From a bacterium (lineage in GTDB: Bacteria > Patescibacteriota > CPR2 > UBA1875 > CAIMLA01): DNA of 64,000 bases. The DNA lies in contig JBAXUE010000004.1 in the NCBI GenBank assembly GCA_037129835.1, forward strand, positions 25,638 to 89,637, given 5' to 3'. Position 1 is the stretch's first letter; every line of letters begins with the position of its first letter. Below are positions 29,693-40,119 of the stretch, piece after piece. Position numbers and translations under genes: made by a program. The notes under the pieces were generated by a model. That model worked only from the letters and a program-made list of their open reading frames with translations, searched no databases and had not been told where the DNA came from.

Positions 29693-30747
29693 GCAATCAT
29701 CTCCTTCGCTTCTGGGAGAAGCGCATATGTTATCTCAATTAATTTAGTCTTCTTGTTTTTGTCAAGCGAGAGCTTTTCGATAGAATCCATTACGATTTCA
29801 ACGGCCTTATTTGCTCTTTGTAGAACAAATTGCTTCGTATCACTTTTATCCAGAAGAGCTTTAACCGTTTCTACCTCTTTATCATTTAAGATACCTTTTT
29901 TAGTATACAGTCTTTCAAGAACTTTTGAGTTTTGTTTATTAGAATTATTATATAAATAAATGATAGGTAGGGTTTTTTTCTTATCGATTATGTCTCTTAA
30001 CTCATCCTTGCCACTTATATCAGCATTGCCCCAAATAGAAACCATGTCATCGAAAAGCTGATAAGCAAGCCCCAAGTTATATCCGAAATCCCAAAGCCGT
30101 TCTTGTTCTTTCTCTGAAACCTGAGCGATAATACCTGCCGATTGTGTAGCAGCTCCAACCAATACTCCAGATTTTCTTCCAAGCATATCAATTATGTTGT
30201 TTTCCGTAATACTGGGATCACTGATTTTCATTTCACTATATGTAAAATCCAAAAACTGGCCTTCAGCGACCTCGAGATACTTTTGGTTTAAGAATTTCTG
30301 TACTCTGATTCCCAACTCTGGATTTCTTGTAAGTAGCCCCTCAAGTGATTTTGATGCCAATATTAGTTGGGCATCGCCGGTATTTATTCCGTGATTAATC
30401 CCCCATTTACTCCAAACTGTTTGCCTGCCTCTTCTTAATTCATCTCCATCGGCTATATCGTCGTGTATTAGTGTAAAATTATGAAATATCTCTAAAGAGG
30501 TTGCAACATCTATTGCCTCGTCAAAACAATTATAATATTCTGCAAACAATAAACAAAGTCCTGGTCTGAATCGCTTCCCCCCATAAGATGTTGTTTTTTG
30601 TAGATTGTCGTCGAGATATCCCATAAAATAACTCATCATCTGGTACATTAATAGATCAGAACAATCATCGATAGTCTGCTTTATGTTCTTATCAACTACT
30701 TTTGTATATTTATCAAAAACGCTTAAAACTTTTTCGGGTTTTTTCAT
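29689..30747 (-). CDS. Trans-polyprenyl diphosphate synthase (IdsA/GGPP synthase-like)
   Basis: GGKRFRP, FTLIHDDIADGD..RRG, GQFLD, GLAYQLFDD. Confidence 0.9.
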   Translation of the reverse strand: MKKPEKVLSVFDKYTKVVDKNIKQTIDDCSDLLMYQMMSYFMGYLDDNLQKTTSYGGKRFRPGLCLLFAEYYNCFDEAIDVATSLEIFHNFTLIHDDIADGDELRRGRQTVWSKWGINHGINTGDAQLILASKSLEGLLTRNPELGIRVQKFLNQKYLEVAEGQFLDFTYSEMKISDPSITENNIIDMLGRKSGVLVGAATQSAGIIAQVSEKEQERLWDFGYNLGLAYQLFDDMVSIWGNADISGKDELRDIIDKKKTLPIIYLYNNSNKQNSKVLERLYTKKGILNDKEVETVKALLDKSDTKQFVLQRANKAVEIVMDSIEKLSLDKNKKTKLIEITYALLPEAKEMIA

Positions 30748-30752
30748 ATCTC

Positions 30753-31448
30753 CTACTTACCAAAGTTTCTCTTTATTTTACTATAAAATTCGAAGGATTT
30801 CATCAACTCTTTTACGTCAAAATCAGGCCAAAGAGAATCGGTAAAATAAATTTCACTATATGCTGCTTGCCATAATAAAAAATTTGATAATCTTGGCTGT
30901 CCACCTGTCCTAATAATTAAATCAGGATCAGTTTGACCTCCAGTATAAAGGTTGGCGCCTATAGATTCTTCAGTAATCTCTAGATTATTGTCTGCTGCTA
31001 TACAGGCCGCGCGAACGATTTCTGATCTTGAACCATATGAAAAGGCAATATTAATAACATTGCTATTTTTCTTCTCAGTTTCACTCTCAATAGTTGCAAT
31101 TTGTTCTTGTATGTCTACCGGGAGCATATCCGTTTCGCCGATAATATTTACTTTAACGTTTCGTTTTTTGTAACTAGCGATATCGTTTTTAATTACATAT
31201 CGGGCAAGATTCATTATTCCTGAAACTTCATCATCTGATCTATTCCAGTTCTCGGTAGAAAATGCGTATACTGTAACGGTTCTTACTCCAAGCTCAAAAG
31301 ATTTATCAATAATTTCCTTAAATCTTTGGTATCCTTCTTTGTGACCTAATTCAGTAGCAAGAGAATGTTTTTTGGCCCATCGCCTATTTCCATCCATAAT
31401 AAAAGCCACATGACTTGGAAGGATATTCTCACCAAGGCCACTAATCAT
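30753..31448 (-). CDS. uppS: Undecaprenyl diphosphate synthase
   Basis: IMDGNRRWA, YAFSTENW.R, DLIIRTGG..RLSNFLLWQ.AY.E, RNFG. Confidence 0.97.
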   Translation of the reverse strand: MISGLGENILPSHVAFIMDGNRRWAKKHSLATELGHKEGYQRFKEIIDKSFELGVRTVTVYAFSTENWNRSDDEVSGIMNLARYVIKNDIASYKKRNVKVNIIGETDMLPVDIQEQIATIESETEKKNSNVINIAFSYGSRSEIVRAACIAADNNLEITEESIGANLYTGGQTDPDLIIRTGGQPRLSNFLLWQAAYSEIYFTDSLWPDFDVKELMKSFEFYSKIKRNFGK

Positions 31449-31449
31449 A

Positions 31450-32007
31450 CTATACTTCCAGTAATTCTTTTTCTTTTGTGATAAGTAATTCTTCGACTTT
31501 TTTGTTGTATCTATCTACAATTTTTTGTATTTCAGCTTCGCCAAAATACATATCGTCTTCACTGATATCTCCATCAGTTTTGGCTTTTTTAATTGCATTC
31601 CAGACTTCAGACCTTGCAGTACGAATCCCAACCTTGGCTTCTTCAGCTTTTTCTTTAGCAATTTTCACGAAACCTTTTCTTCTTTCTTCGGTTAGCTCTG
31701 GGATATTAATTCTAACAACATCACCTGCGTTAACTGGGTTAAAACCCATACCAGAATCTCTTATCGCAGCTTCTATTTGTGAAGTAACACCCTTGTCCCA
31801 AGGTTGAATCAGGATCTGTCGTGACTCAGGAATAGTGATATTGGCAATTTGTTTAATTTGTTGTTTAGAACCATAAGCATCAACATAGATATCATCAACC
31901 ATAGAAACCGAGGCACGTCCAGTATGAATACTGGACAGTTCGGTTGAAAAAAATTCTACTGATTTATCTAACTTTGCTGGCATATCCTTTAAAAATTGAT
32001 TTATCAT
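31450..32007 (-). CDS. frr: Ribosome recycling factor
   Basis: TGRAS, IQPWD, PELTEERR, R..R motifs. Confidence 0.96.
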   Translation of the reverse strand: MINQFLKDMPAKLDKSVEFFSTELSSIHTGRASVSMVDDIYVDAYGSKQQIKQIANITIPESRQILIQPWDKGVTSQIEAAIRDSGMGFNPVNAGDVVRINIPELTEERRKGFVKIAKEKAEEAKVGIRTARSEVWNAIKKAKTDGDISEDDMYFGEAEIQKIVDRYNKKVEELLITKEKELLEV

Positions 32008-32027
32008 AACTTTTCTCCTATTTAATA

Positions 32028-32618
32028 CTATTTACCTAGTTCAAATCGTACAAATCTGCGAACGGAAATTTTTTCCCCTATTGCAGCTGTTTTTTCGTTA
32101 ATAAGATCTTCGACAGTAACGTCAGGATTTTTAATAAATGGTTGTTTCATCAGACAAACTCGTGAGTAAAACTTCTCTATTTTACCCTCAAGAATTTTGT
32201 CAATTACCTTTTCCGGCTTACCGGCATCTTTTAGTTGAGCGAGTTCGATTTCTTTTTCCTTCGCTACGATTTCAGCAGGGACATTAGAAGGAGAGATGTA
32301 TTCAGGTGCTGATGCTGCTATGTGCATTGCAAGGTCGTTAGCAAGCAGCTTAAAATCATCATTAAGGGCTACGAAATCAGTTTCGCAATTAAATTCGAGC
32401 AATGTACCTATACGATTATTGTGAATATAAGAAACTATCAAGCCTTCCTTGGCGTCACGCTCTGCTCTTTTGGCGGATGTGGCTGCGCCTTTTTTACGAA
32501 GGACCTCGATAGCACCATCAAAGTCTCCCTTCGACTCTTCGAGAGCTTTTTTGCAATCCATCATCCCAGCACTAGTAGCTTCTCGTAATTTTGAGATTTC
32601 TTCCATTGTTATAGTCAT
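32028..32618 (-). CDS. tsf: Elongation factor Ts (short form)
   Basis: LREATSAGMMDCKKAL, EFNCETDFV, RRFVRFELG. Confidence 0.97.
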   Translation of the reverse strand: MTITMEEISKLREATSAGMMDCKKALEESKGDFDGAIEVLRKKGAATSAKRAERDAKEGLIVSYIHNNRIGTLLEFNCETDFVALNDDFKLLANDLAMHIAASAPEYISPSNVPAEIVAKEKEIELAQLKDAGKPEKVIDKILEGKIEKFYSRVCLMKQPFIKNPDVTVEDLINEKTAAIGEKISVRRFVRFELGK

Positions 32619-32643
32619 ATTACCTCCTTGGTTTATTTAAGTT

Positions 32644-33345
32644 TTACTGAATTGCTTCTACCTCTTTTGGTACAAGAGGCTTGTTTTCATTTATAGTGTT
32701 TGCAATTTCTGTTACAAATAGTTGAATTGCCTTGACTGCATCATCATTCCCCGGGATAACGTAATCAATCTCTTCTGGATTTGCGTTTGTGTCGGTTATT
32801 GCGATGATAGGTATATGAAGCTTTCTTGCTTCAGTAATAGAATTATTTTCTTTTACTGCGTCGACGACAAAAATCGCATCAGGAAGTTTTTTCATATCCT
32901 TAATACCAGTCAAAGTGGCAGCTAGTTTTTCAACCTGTTTTTTAGCTACTGTTAATTGTTTCTTGGTGGCAAAATCGTTATTTGCAATTTTGTCTTCAAG
33001 TTTTTTTAGATTTGATACTTGAGATTTAATGGTAGAAAAGTTGGTAAGCATGCCACCAAGCCATCTTTCGGTTATATAGGGCATACCACAAGATTCAGCG
33101 CCCTCTCGGACAATGGTTTGTCCTTGTTTCTTTGTACCAACGAATAATATCGTTCCTGAATTGGAAGAAACATTTCGAACAAACTTTTCGGCTTCTAGAA
33201 GAAGCTCCTCAGTTTTCGCTAAGTCGAAGATATGTACTCCGCCTCGCTCTGTAAAAATAAATGGCGCCATCTTTGGGTTCCATCTTGATTTCTGATGGCC
33301 AAAGTGTACGCCGGCTTCTAGCATTTCTTTCATGCTTGTGTTCAT
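32644..33345 (-). CDS. rpsB: 30S ribosomal protein S2
   Basis: LEAGVHFGH, WNPKM, FVGTKKQ, RWLGGMLTN, PGNDDA. Confidence 0.98.
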   Translation of the reverse strand: MNTSMKEMLEAGVHFGHQKSRWNPKMAPFIFTERGGVHIFDLAKTEELLLEAEKFVRNVSSNSGTILFVGTKKQGQTIVREGAESCGMPYITERWLGGMLTNFSTIKSQVSNLKKLEDKIANNDFATKKQLTVAKKQVEKLAATLTGIKDMKKLPDAIFVVDAVKENNSITEARKLHIPIIAITDTNANPEEIDYVIPGNDDAVKAIQLFVTEIANTINENKPLVPKEVEAIQ

Positions 33346-33349
33346 GGGA

Positions 33350-33450
33350 TCCTTTCTGCAGCAAAGCTGCCCTCCAACGCCAAATGTTTATGTTACTTAT
33401 GCCCATATATTTTGGGAGGATTAATGTAACTAGGCGCTGTGTGAATTTAT
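33350..33450 (-). promoter_or_regulatory. rpsB (S2) leader RNA
   Basis: Minus strand TTCACACAGCGCC...GGCGTTGGAGG long hairpin, typical of S2 autoregulatory leaders. Confidence 0.6.
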
Positions 33451-33462
33451 TATTGCGATAAA

Positions 33463-33491
33463 ATTTTATCAGCCATTTGGGGTTTTGTCAA
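33463..33491 (-). promoter_or_regulatory. Sigma70 promoter of the rpsB-tsf operon
   Basis: TTGACA-17 nt-TAAAAT. Confidence 0.75.
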
Positions 33492-33568
33492 TCGAGATAA
33501 TCTCTATTAACTCTTGAAAATCAATAATTGATGTGTTAATATTTTAAGGCGTAATTTTCGGAGAAAGA

Positions 33569-33898
33569 ATGAAAACAAACCTACATCCTAAATACAATGA
33601 AATAACAGTGACTTGCTCGTGTGGCAACAGCTTTAAAACAAAATCTACTGTCGACGATATCAATGTAGAAATTTGTTCTGCTTGTCATCCATTTTATACG
33701 GGCAAACAAAAACTAGTTGACACTGCTGGTAGGGTTGATAAGTTCAGAATGAGACTAGAAGCTGCTACGGCAAAAAAAGCTGCGACTACCCAGAAAAAGG
33801 ATAGAAAAATTGACGCAGATAAGAATGATAGTGCAGTAAAATTATCAGACATTAAAAAAGAACTCGATAACGAACTAGTAGAAAACAGCGAAAAATAA
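33569..33898 (+). CDS. rpmE: 50S ribosomal protein L31 (zinc-binding type) with charged C-terminal extension
   Basis: [31 protein letters not shown]. Confidence 0.96.
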   Translation: MKTNLHPKYNEITVTCSCGNSFKTKSTVDDINVEICSACHPFYTGKQKLVDTAGRVDKFRMRLEAATAKKAATTQKKDRKIDADKNDSAVKLSDIKKELDNELVENSEK

Positions 33899-33956
33899 CT
33901 ACAAATATATAGCGCCATTTATTATTTCGGCGCTATAATTGTATCTAGGTATTAAT

Positions 33957-35027
33957 ATGTTGACTAAAGTCGAAAGAACAATCAATAAATTCGCTGAAAT
34001 TGAATCAGAACTATCAGATCCCGAAATCATTAAGGACCAGGACAGATATTTAGTTCTGAACAAAAAGCGTTCTTCAATGTTACCCCTATATAACCTAAGC
34101 GTTAAATACAAAAAAGTACTTTCAGATATAGAAGACTCGGAGCAAATGATTAAACTTGAAAATGACCCAAGTTTTGTTGAGCTAGCTGAAGCCGAATACC
34201 AAATACTACATCAAGAAAAAGATAAAATCGAAAAAGAAATAGAAATCGAACTGCTCCCAAAAGATGAAAATGATAATAAAAATGTTATTATCGAAATCCG
34301 CGCTGGTGCTGGCGGTGATGAATCTTCATTATTTGCCGGCGAACTGTTCAGGATGTATAGTCGGTGGGCTGAAAAACACAAATATAAAATTGAAATACTT
34401 GATTCGCATGAATCTGAGGTGGGCGGGTTTAAAGAAATTATATATTCCGTTAAAGGTTCCGGAGCTTATAAAAACTTAAAATATGAAAGTGGTGTACACA
34501 GAGTGCAGAGAGTCCCCGAAACAGAATCAAATGGTCGAATACACACATCTACCGTCACTGTAGCTGTTCTTGCGGAAGCAGAAGAAGTTGATATTGATAT
34601 TAACCCATCAGAAATACGTATTGACGTATTTCGTTCATCGGGTCCAGGAGGCCAAAGTGTGAACACAACTGATTCTGCCGTTAGAATAACACATCTTCCA
34701 ACTGGGTTAATTGTATCTTGCCAGGATGAAAAATCTCAGATAAAAAATAAAGACAAAGCGATGCGAGTTCTACGCTCCAGACTATTACAACTGAAGGTTG
34801 ACGAAGAGACAAAGAAACGTGGAGATCAAAGAAAAGACCAAATAGGTACCGGTGATAGATCAGAAAAAATCAGAACTTATAATTACCCACAAGACCGGGT
34901 AACAGATCACAGAATTGCTTTTAGTGTAAATAATCTACCTGATTTTATGGCTGGTAATATAGAAAAAATGTTAAATAAATTAGCTAGCGCAAACCGTGAA
35001 AATTCCTTAAAAAATCTTTCTCTATAA
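33957..35027 (+). CDS. prfA: Peptide chain release factor 1
   Basis: [40 protein letters not shown]. Start MLTKV at 33957. Confidence 0.96.
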   Translation: MLTKVERTINKFAEIESELSDPEIIKDQDRYLVLNKKRSSMLPLYNLSVKYKKVLSDIEDSEQMIKLENDPSFVELAEAEYQILHQEKDKIEKEIEIELLPKDENDNKNVIIEIRAGAGGDESSLFAGELFRMYSRWAEKHKYKIEILDSHESEVGGFKEIIYSVKGSGAYKNLKYESGVHRVQRVPETESNGRIHTSTVTVAVLAEAEEVDIDINPSEIRIDVFRSSGPGGQSVNTTDSAVRITHLPTGLIVSCQDEKSQIKNKDKAMRVLRSRLLQLKVDEETKKRGDQRKDQIGTGDRSEKIRTYNYPQDRVTDHRIAFSVNNLPDFMAGNIEKMLNKLASANRENSLKNLSL

Positions 35028-35041
35028 GAGACTTTGTACAG

Positions 35042-36193
35042 TTATGAGTTCTCGCCTAGTTTAATATTTGCCGTTTTGGTAGAATCATCCCTATTATAGG
35101 TAACTTTTACCGTATCGCCAGGGTTGTATTTCCCTAATAGGCTAATCAGGGTGTGATTTTCATCAATTTTGTCATCGTTGATTTGGGTAATAATATCACC
35201 AGATTTAAGTCCAGCTTTTTCTGCTGGACTATTTGGAGCGACTGCTGGCGAATTGCCACTAGAATATATATATACGCCATAGTTTACTGGGAGCTTATTC
35301 TTTGCTGCAAAGTCTGGATTTATTGGTATATATCTTACTCCGAGCATAGGTCTGACTATTTTACCACTAGAAAGATAGCTAGCCAGAGCGCTTTTTACTA
35401 GATTTACAGGTATTGCAAAACCGATACTTTGACCCTGCTGGTCAACCGCGGTATTCATGCCTATCACTTGCCCAGATATATTGAGCAGTGGGCCACCTGA
35501 ATTGCCCGAATTTATCGCTGCATCAGTTTGTATTACATTATCAAGTGATTCTGTTGATGAACCAACAGAATCCGTAGCCTCTATCACTCTACCAACGCCG
35601 CTAATAACCCCTAGAGTGACACTGTTTTGATACTGTCCGAGAGCATTACCTATTGCGACGGCCGTTTGTCCCGAAAGCAGCCCGTCAGAAGTCCCTAACT
35701 CAACCACAGGGAGTTCTGTGGCTTCAATCTTCAATATTGCGATATCATTTACTGGGTCGGTTGCTTTTACTATTGCCACATAATGCTTACCAGTATTCGT
35801 AATAACTGTGAAGTCGGCCTTTGAATCACTAACAACATGTTTATTAGTAACAATTAAACCATCAGCACTAACTATATACCCCGTCCCCGCAACCTCAGAT
35901 TGACCTATATTCCCAAAAAACCCAGTTGTTTGTGTTACGCCCGTAATACTAACAACCGTTGGTGAAACCTTTTTTACTGTATCAACAACGGCAGAACTCT
36001 CTACAACCTTGACCGTAGAAGTAAATATTTTTCCATCTTTACTCTTTTTTGAAATATAGTTGTAATAGACTAAACTGCCGAAGGCACCGCCGATAATACC
36101 CAGGATTAAACTAAATATTAAAAATAAAGCTTTGTTATTAAAAGTATGGCCATTCTTTGTTTCTGTTACTTTATTAGAAACTACTTCTTCCAT
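35042..36193 (-). CDS. HtrA/DegP-like serine protease with PDZ domain
   Basis: TNKHV, D.A, QTDAAINSGNSGGPL, C-terminal PDZ, N-terminal TM helix. AGGAGG SD before 36193. Confidence 0.93.
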   Translation of the reverse strand: MEEVVSNKVTETKNGHTFNNKALFLIFSLILGIIGGAFGSLVYYNYISKKSKDGKIFTSTVKVVESSAVVDTVKKVSPTVVSITGVTQTTGFFGNIGQSEVAGTGYIVSADGLIVTNKHVVSDSKADFTVITNTGKHYVAIVKATDPVNDIAILKIEATELPVVELGTSDGLLSGQTAVAIGNALGQYQNSVTLGVISGVGRVIEATDSVGSSTESLDNVIQTDAAINSGNSGGPLLNISGQVIGMNTAVDQQGQSIGFAIPVNLVKSALASYLSSGKIVRPMLGVRYIPINPDFAAKNKLPVNYGVYIYSSGNSPAVAPNSPAEKAGLKSGDIITQINDDKIDENHTLISLLGKYNPGDTVKVTYNRDDSTKTANIKLGENS

Positions 36194-36201
36194 AGCACCT
36201 C

Positions 36202-37038
36202 CTATATGGTCGTAAACCAACTTGCTGTTGACAATAAAACTGTAATAAATAAACTTGCGAGAATCAAGTATTCAGTCAAAATTTTACGATTTAAATTATT
36301 TTCTAGTTTATGGGAGATGATTCCCCAAAGGAAATAATATACTATTGTAATTAAGATAGCAGCTAGGGGGGTTCCTCCAAGATTAGATTTCTGCATTATG
36401 CCGATGACTGGATAATTAATTACCCAGATAGATGACACCCAGGCGATTTCTGCACAAATCAAAGCACAGGTTATATTATATAACCGATATTTTTTGTCCG
36501 ATGATCCTTGCTCCCAAGTTAAAAAATAAGTAATAAAATATACAATAAACAACACGCCCGCAACAACCAATAGTCGAGAAAGAAAAGCATATGTGGTAGT
36601 TGACAAAATTATTTGGAATCTAAAGAGCAGCGCCGTGGAAAAGAAGATAATTAAAAAAGAAATTACAATAAGCATATTCCGATAGAATATAGCGGCTCTC
36701 TCGCCTAAATTCTGCACCTTTTTTAAAGCTATAAATAAATAGAAATTAACAGGTAGTGCCAAAACAGTGATTACTCCCCGTACTAAAGGATTGCTGATAT
36801 AGGCGATAAATGCCAATGCTGATAAATTAAAAAGTAGAAGCATTAACACAAACTTTATTCCACGGCTTATAGACTCCTTATCTAGTTTAATGGAAAATAA
36901 ATAGCTACTAATTATAATTATCATCACAAAAACAACTGAAAAAGTATATATCAAATTGATTGGAGAAAATTGATTAAATATATATACGACACTTAGAGTG
37001 GATGTAGCAATTAGACCTTTTTTCGTGAGAGGGTTCAT
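36202..37038 (-). CDS. Hypothetical polytopic membrane protein
   Basis: About 8-9 hydrophobic helices. AAGGAG SD before MNPLT. Confidence 0.7.
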   Translation of the reverse strand: MNPLTKKGLIATSTLSVVYIFNQFSPINLIYTFSVVFVMIIIISSYLFSIKLDKESISRGIKFVLMLLLFNLSALAFIAYISNPLVRGVITVLALPVNFYLFIALKKVQNLGERAAIFYRNMLIVISFLIIFFSTALLFRFQIILSTTTYAFLSRLLVVAGVLFIVYFITYFLTWEQGSSDKKYRLYNITCALICAEIAWVSSIWVINYPVIGIMQKSNLGGTPLAAILITIVYYFLWGIISHKLENNLNRKILTEYLILASLFITVLLSTASWFTTI

Positions 37039-37054
37039 CGGATGCTCCTTAAAA

Positions 37055-38470
37055 TTACTGTGGCTTATAGTCTTGGCCAATAATAACTACTATATCCGCT
37101 CCTGAAAGCGAATCCCCTGAACCAGCCGTGCTTTTTACGTTAAATTGTTTTTCCAATTCAGCCAAGGTAGATTTTTTGCCACCATTACTATAATCGATTA
37201 TCTTTGTTTGTTGATATTGAGAAGAATCAGCCGTGCTGATATCTATTACATTATAATTTGCCTTTTTAAGAACGTCTGCAGCTTTACTCGCCAGGCCCGG
37301 GGTTGTTGTACCATTTTGTACAGATATTTCAGCATTTTCAGTTTGTTTTGAATTATTAGAAAAAATATTTAACGCCACTCGCTGCAAATCCGTGTAATCA
37401 AATTCTCCCAGTCTTGGTAATAAAATATAACCTGCCGAGGTACTTGAATCATCTATTAATAATCCTTCTTTTGAATTGTCGAATACTTTGTTTTTAATCT
37501 TACTCGTATCTACGTTTTTAAAAATATCAATTGCCCGAGGAAGCTCATCGATTGAGAAATCTGTTTTTAGATGTGATCCAAGCGCAGTGGCGATTTCAGA
37601 TATTTTTGCAGGATTCAAAAAGGTTTCTGCAGACATTACTTTGTCTTTAATGGCAACCAATATTTGTTGCTGTCGTCTAGCTCTGTCGAAATCTGTAGTT
37701 GTTTCTCTAGATCTTGCATACCGCAAGGCCATTGCGCCAGCCATATGCTGTTGGCCCTTCTTGATATATAAATCAGCGCCTTTTAAGCCATCATCATTGG
37801 GGTAAAAGGGATCATATAAATCCTCTGTAACATTAATCTCGACTCCTCCAATAGCATCTACAATGTCTTTAAGACCGGTAAAGTCTACTCTTGCATAGTA
37901 GTTTATTGGAATATCCAAGACCTCACTAACCACATTCTTTGATATCGCTGGACCACCACCTGTCAATTTTTCAATTTCTCCACACGCGTGAGCATAATTT
38001 ATTTTCGCAGAACCACATTCTTCTCCGATATTTACATAAAGATCCCTCGGAATAGATATCATGGCCACTTGTTTTGTTTTAACATCATAGCTAACTACCA
38101 TTATCGTATCTGACAGGTACTGGCCCGCGTGACCATCATCACCAACACCGAGTAGAAGAATGTTAATTCTACCAGTATTCTCCCCTTTTAGCTGCTTGTT
38201 ATCGAAAATGTTCAATAAATTTGGTGCGCCTCCACTTGAAAAAACATTAGATAAAGAGCCGTATATTACCCAACCAAAATAACCCAAACAGCCAAATATA
38301 ACAGCAATAACCCCAAGTACTATGTAGAGCCTTAGGTGCTTAATTTTATTCTTCTTTTGAAATTTTATTGGTGTTTTCAACCTGTCGTTGTTTTTTCCGT
38401 TATTGCCGACTTCACTATTTCCCACTGCCACGCTTTTTTCTATTTGATCTATTGTAACTTTCTTTTTCAT
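37055..38470 (-). CDS. LCP (LytR-CpsA-Psr) family protein with LytR C-terminal domain
   Basis: NILLLG.D, SDTIM, SIPRDLY, KIN.A, ALRYARSR, DFDRARRQQ, V.NGT..PGLA, IVVIIG.DY. Confidence 0.92.
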   Translation of the reverse strand: MKKKVTIDQIEKSVAVGNSEVGNNGKNNDRLKTPIKFQKKNKIKHLRLYIVLGVIAVIFGCLGYFGWVIYGSLSNVFSSGGAPNLLNIFDNKQLKGENTGRINILLLGVGDDGHAGQYLSDTIMVVSYDVKTKQVAMISIPRDLYVNIGEECGSAKINYAHACGEIEKLTGGGPAISKNVVSEVLDIPINYYARVDFTGLKDIVDAIGGVEINVTEDLYDPFYPNDDGLKGADLYIKKGQQHMAGAMALRYARSRETTTDFDRARRQQQILVAIKDKVMSAETFLNPAKISEIATALGSHLKTDFSIDELPRAIDIFKNVDTSKIKNKVFDNSKEGLLIDDSSTSAGYILLPRLGEFDYTDLQRVALNIFSNNSKQTENAEISVQNGTTTPGLASKAADVLKKANYNVIDISTADSSQYQQTKIIDYSNGGKKSTLAELEKQFNVKSTAGSGDSLSGADIVVIIGQDYKPQ

Positions 38471-38568
38471 GATTCCTTTTATTATTTTTCTGCATAACAT
38501 TATTCTTTAACCATTATACCTATAAACAACTGGACAGCCAATAGTTTTTCATTGATAATATATAAATA

Positions 38569-39213
38569 ATGCAATATAACAAAATGGATGAAATAAAAGA
38601 AGGCGCTTACATAGGATGGGAAATTTTTAAAACTATTGCCATTATTGGTTTGCTAGTTATATTTTTCAGATTCTTTATTATTCAACCTTTTTCAGTTTCG
38701 GGAAATAGTATGAACCCAGATTTTCAAAATGGTGAATACCTTTTTGTCGACGAAGCAAGTTACTATTTTAGATCCCCAGAACGTGGAGAAGTGATTGTTT
38801 TTAAACATCCAGATCCTCAGCCTTCAAGCAATTGCACAGCTTTTGTTGAAAACAACAAATTTATTACCAAATTTGTTCAGGGTCCTTGTCTAAGTTTTAT
38901 TAAACGAGTAATCGGTATTCCCGGAGATACAGTTATTGTAAAAAATGGCAAAGTAACTGTTAAAAACACTGAAAATCCAGAAGGGCTTAAACTAAATGAG
39001 TCCTATATCGAAACTGGCGTCGAAACCTTAGGCGATCAATCGATTACTCTTCAGAAAAATGAATATTATGTTTTGGGAGATAATCGTCTTCCGGGTATGA
39101 GCTATGATTCTAGAGGTTGGGGAGTTCTACGGAAGGAATTTATTATTGGCAGAGCATGGCTAAGACTTCTACCATCAGAGTCTATCGGCTTTATACCAAA
39201 AGCTAAATACTAA
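38569..39213 (+). CDS. lepB: Signal peptidase I
   Basis: VSGNSM.P, IKRVIG.PGD, LGDNR..SYDSR..G. Confidence 0.93.
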   Translation: MQYNKMDEIKEGAYIGWEIFKTIAIIGLLVIFFRFFIIQPFSVSGNSMNPDFQNGEYLFVDEASYYFRSPERGEVIVFKHPDPQPSSNCTAFVENNKFITKFVQGPCLSFIKRVIGIPGDTVIVKNGKVTVKNTENPEGLKLNESYIETGVETLGDQSITLQKNEYYVLGDNRLPGMSYDSRGWGVLRKEFIIGRAWLRLLPSESIGFIPKAKY

Positions 39214-39264
39214 AAAGCTTTGCCTTATAAAACAATTGAGTAGTTAAAATTTGAACTAAAATAT

Positions 39265-40119
39265 CTAATTTGAAATTTTCTTTAGTATTCTTTCAAGGTC
39301 TTCGTTATTATAATATTGAATAATGATATTTCCCTTAATACCTTTGTTTTTAATGCTTACTTTAGTGCTCAATGCTTCTGAAAGGGTATTCTCAATAGCT
39401 TGCAACTCTATGTCTTTTTCTGTCGTAACTTTTGAAGCACTTTTTTTAGTTCGCATTTCTGTCTGACGAACATTAAGGCCCTCATTGATAATCTGGTAAA
39501 AAAATGCGATTTGAGCCTCTCTATCGTCAATCGCCATGATTCCCCTAGCATGTCCTTCAGTAATTTTTCCATCCATTAGACCTTGCTTAATAACGGCAGG
39601 CAACGTTAGTAACCGCACTGCATTTGCTACTGTTGATCGCGCCTTCCCGACTTTTCGGGACACATCTTCCTGAGAAAGACTAAATTCATCCATAAGCCTT
39701 TTATAAGAAAGAGCTGCTTCTATGGGACTAAGATTTTCTCTTTGAACGTTTTCGATTATAGCTAGCTCAAATTTCTTTTGCTCATCTAAACTTCTAATAA
39801 TCACTGGTACTGTTTTTATATTTGCAAGCTTTGCGGCCCTTAGTCTTCTCTCCCCAGCAATTAATTGGTAACGACCGTTTATCGATTTAGTGACTAAGAG
39901 TGGTTGGATTATACCATATTCCCGTATCGAAGATGCAAGCTCGGCGAGAGGAGTTTCGTCAAAGCTAGTTCTGGGTTGTAGAGGGTTAGGATCAATAAAT
40001 TCAACACCCACCTCAGAGTCAACTGTTGACCTACTTTCGTCTATAACTGGAATAAGCGAATCTAGTCCTCGACCTAAGCCAAAATGACTTTTACTAAAAG
40101 AATTATTTACTGGTTGCAT
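39265..40119 (-). CDS. parB: Chromosome partitioning protein ParB
   Basis: GLGRGLDSLIP, PNPLQPR, IAGERRLRA, IENVQRE.L, HTH. Confidence 0.96.
   Translation of the reverse strand: MQPVNNSFSKSHFGLGRGLDSLIPVIDESRSTVDSEVGVEFIDPNPLQPRTSFDETPLAELASSIREYGIIQPLLVTKSINGRYQLIAGERRLRAAKLANIKTVPVIIRSLDEQKKFELAIIENVQRENLSPIEAALSYKRLMDEFSLSQEDVSRKVGKARSTVANAVRLLTLPAVIKQGLMDGKITEGHARGIMAIDDREAQIAFFYQIINEGLNVRQTEMRTKKSASKVTTEKDIELQAIENTLSEALSTKVSIKNKGIKGNIIIQYYNNEDLERILKKISN

Noticed and set aside
33569-35027. L31 C-terminal extension and absence of prmC after prfA
   Set aside because: Common variation in reduced genomes. prmC may lie elsewhere.
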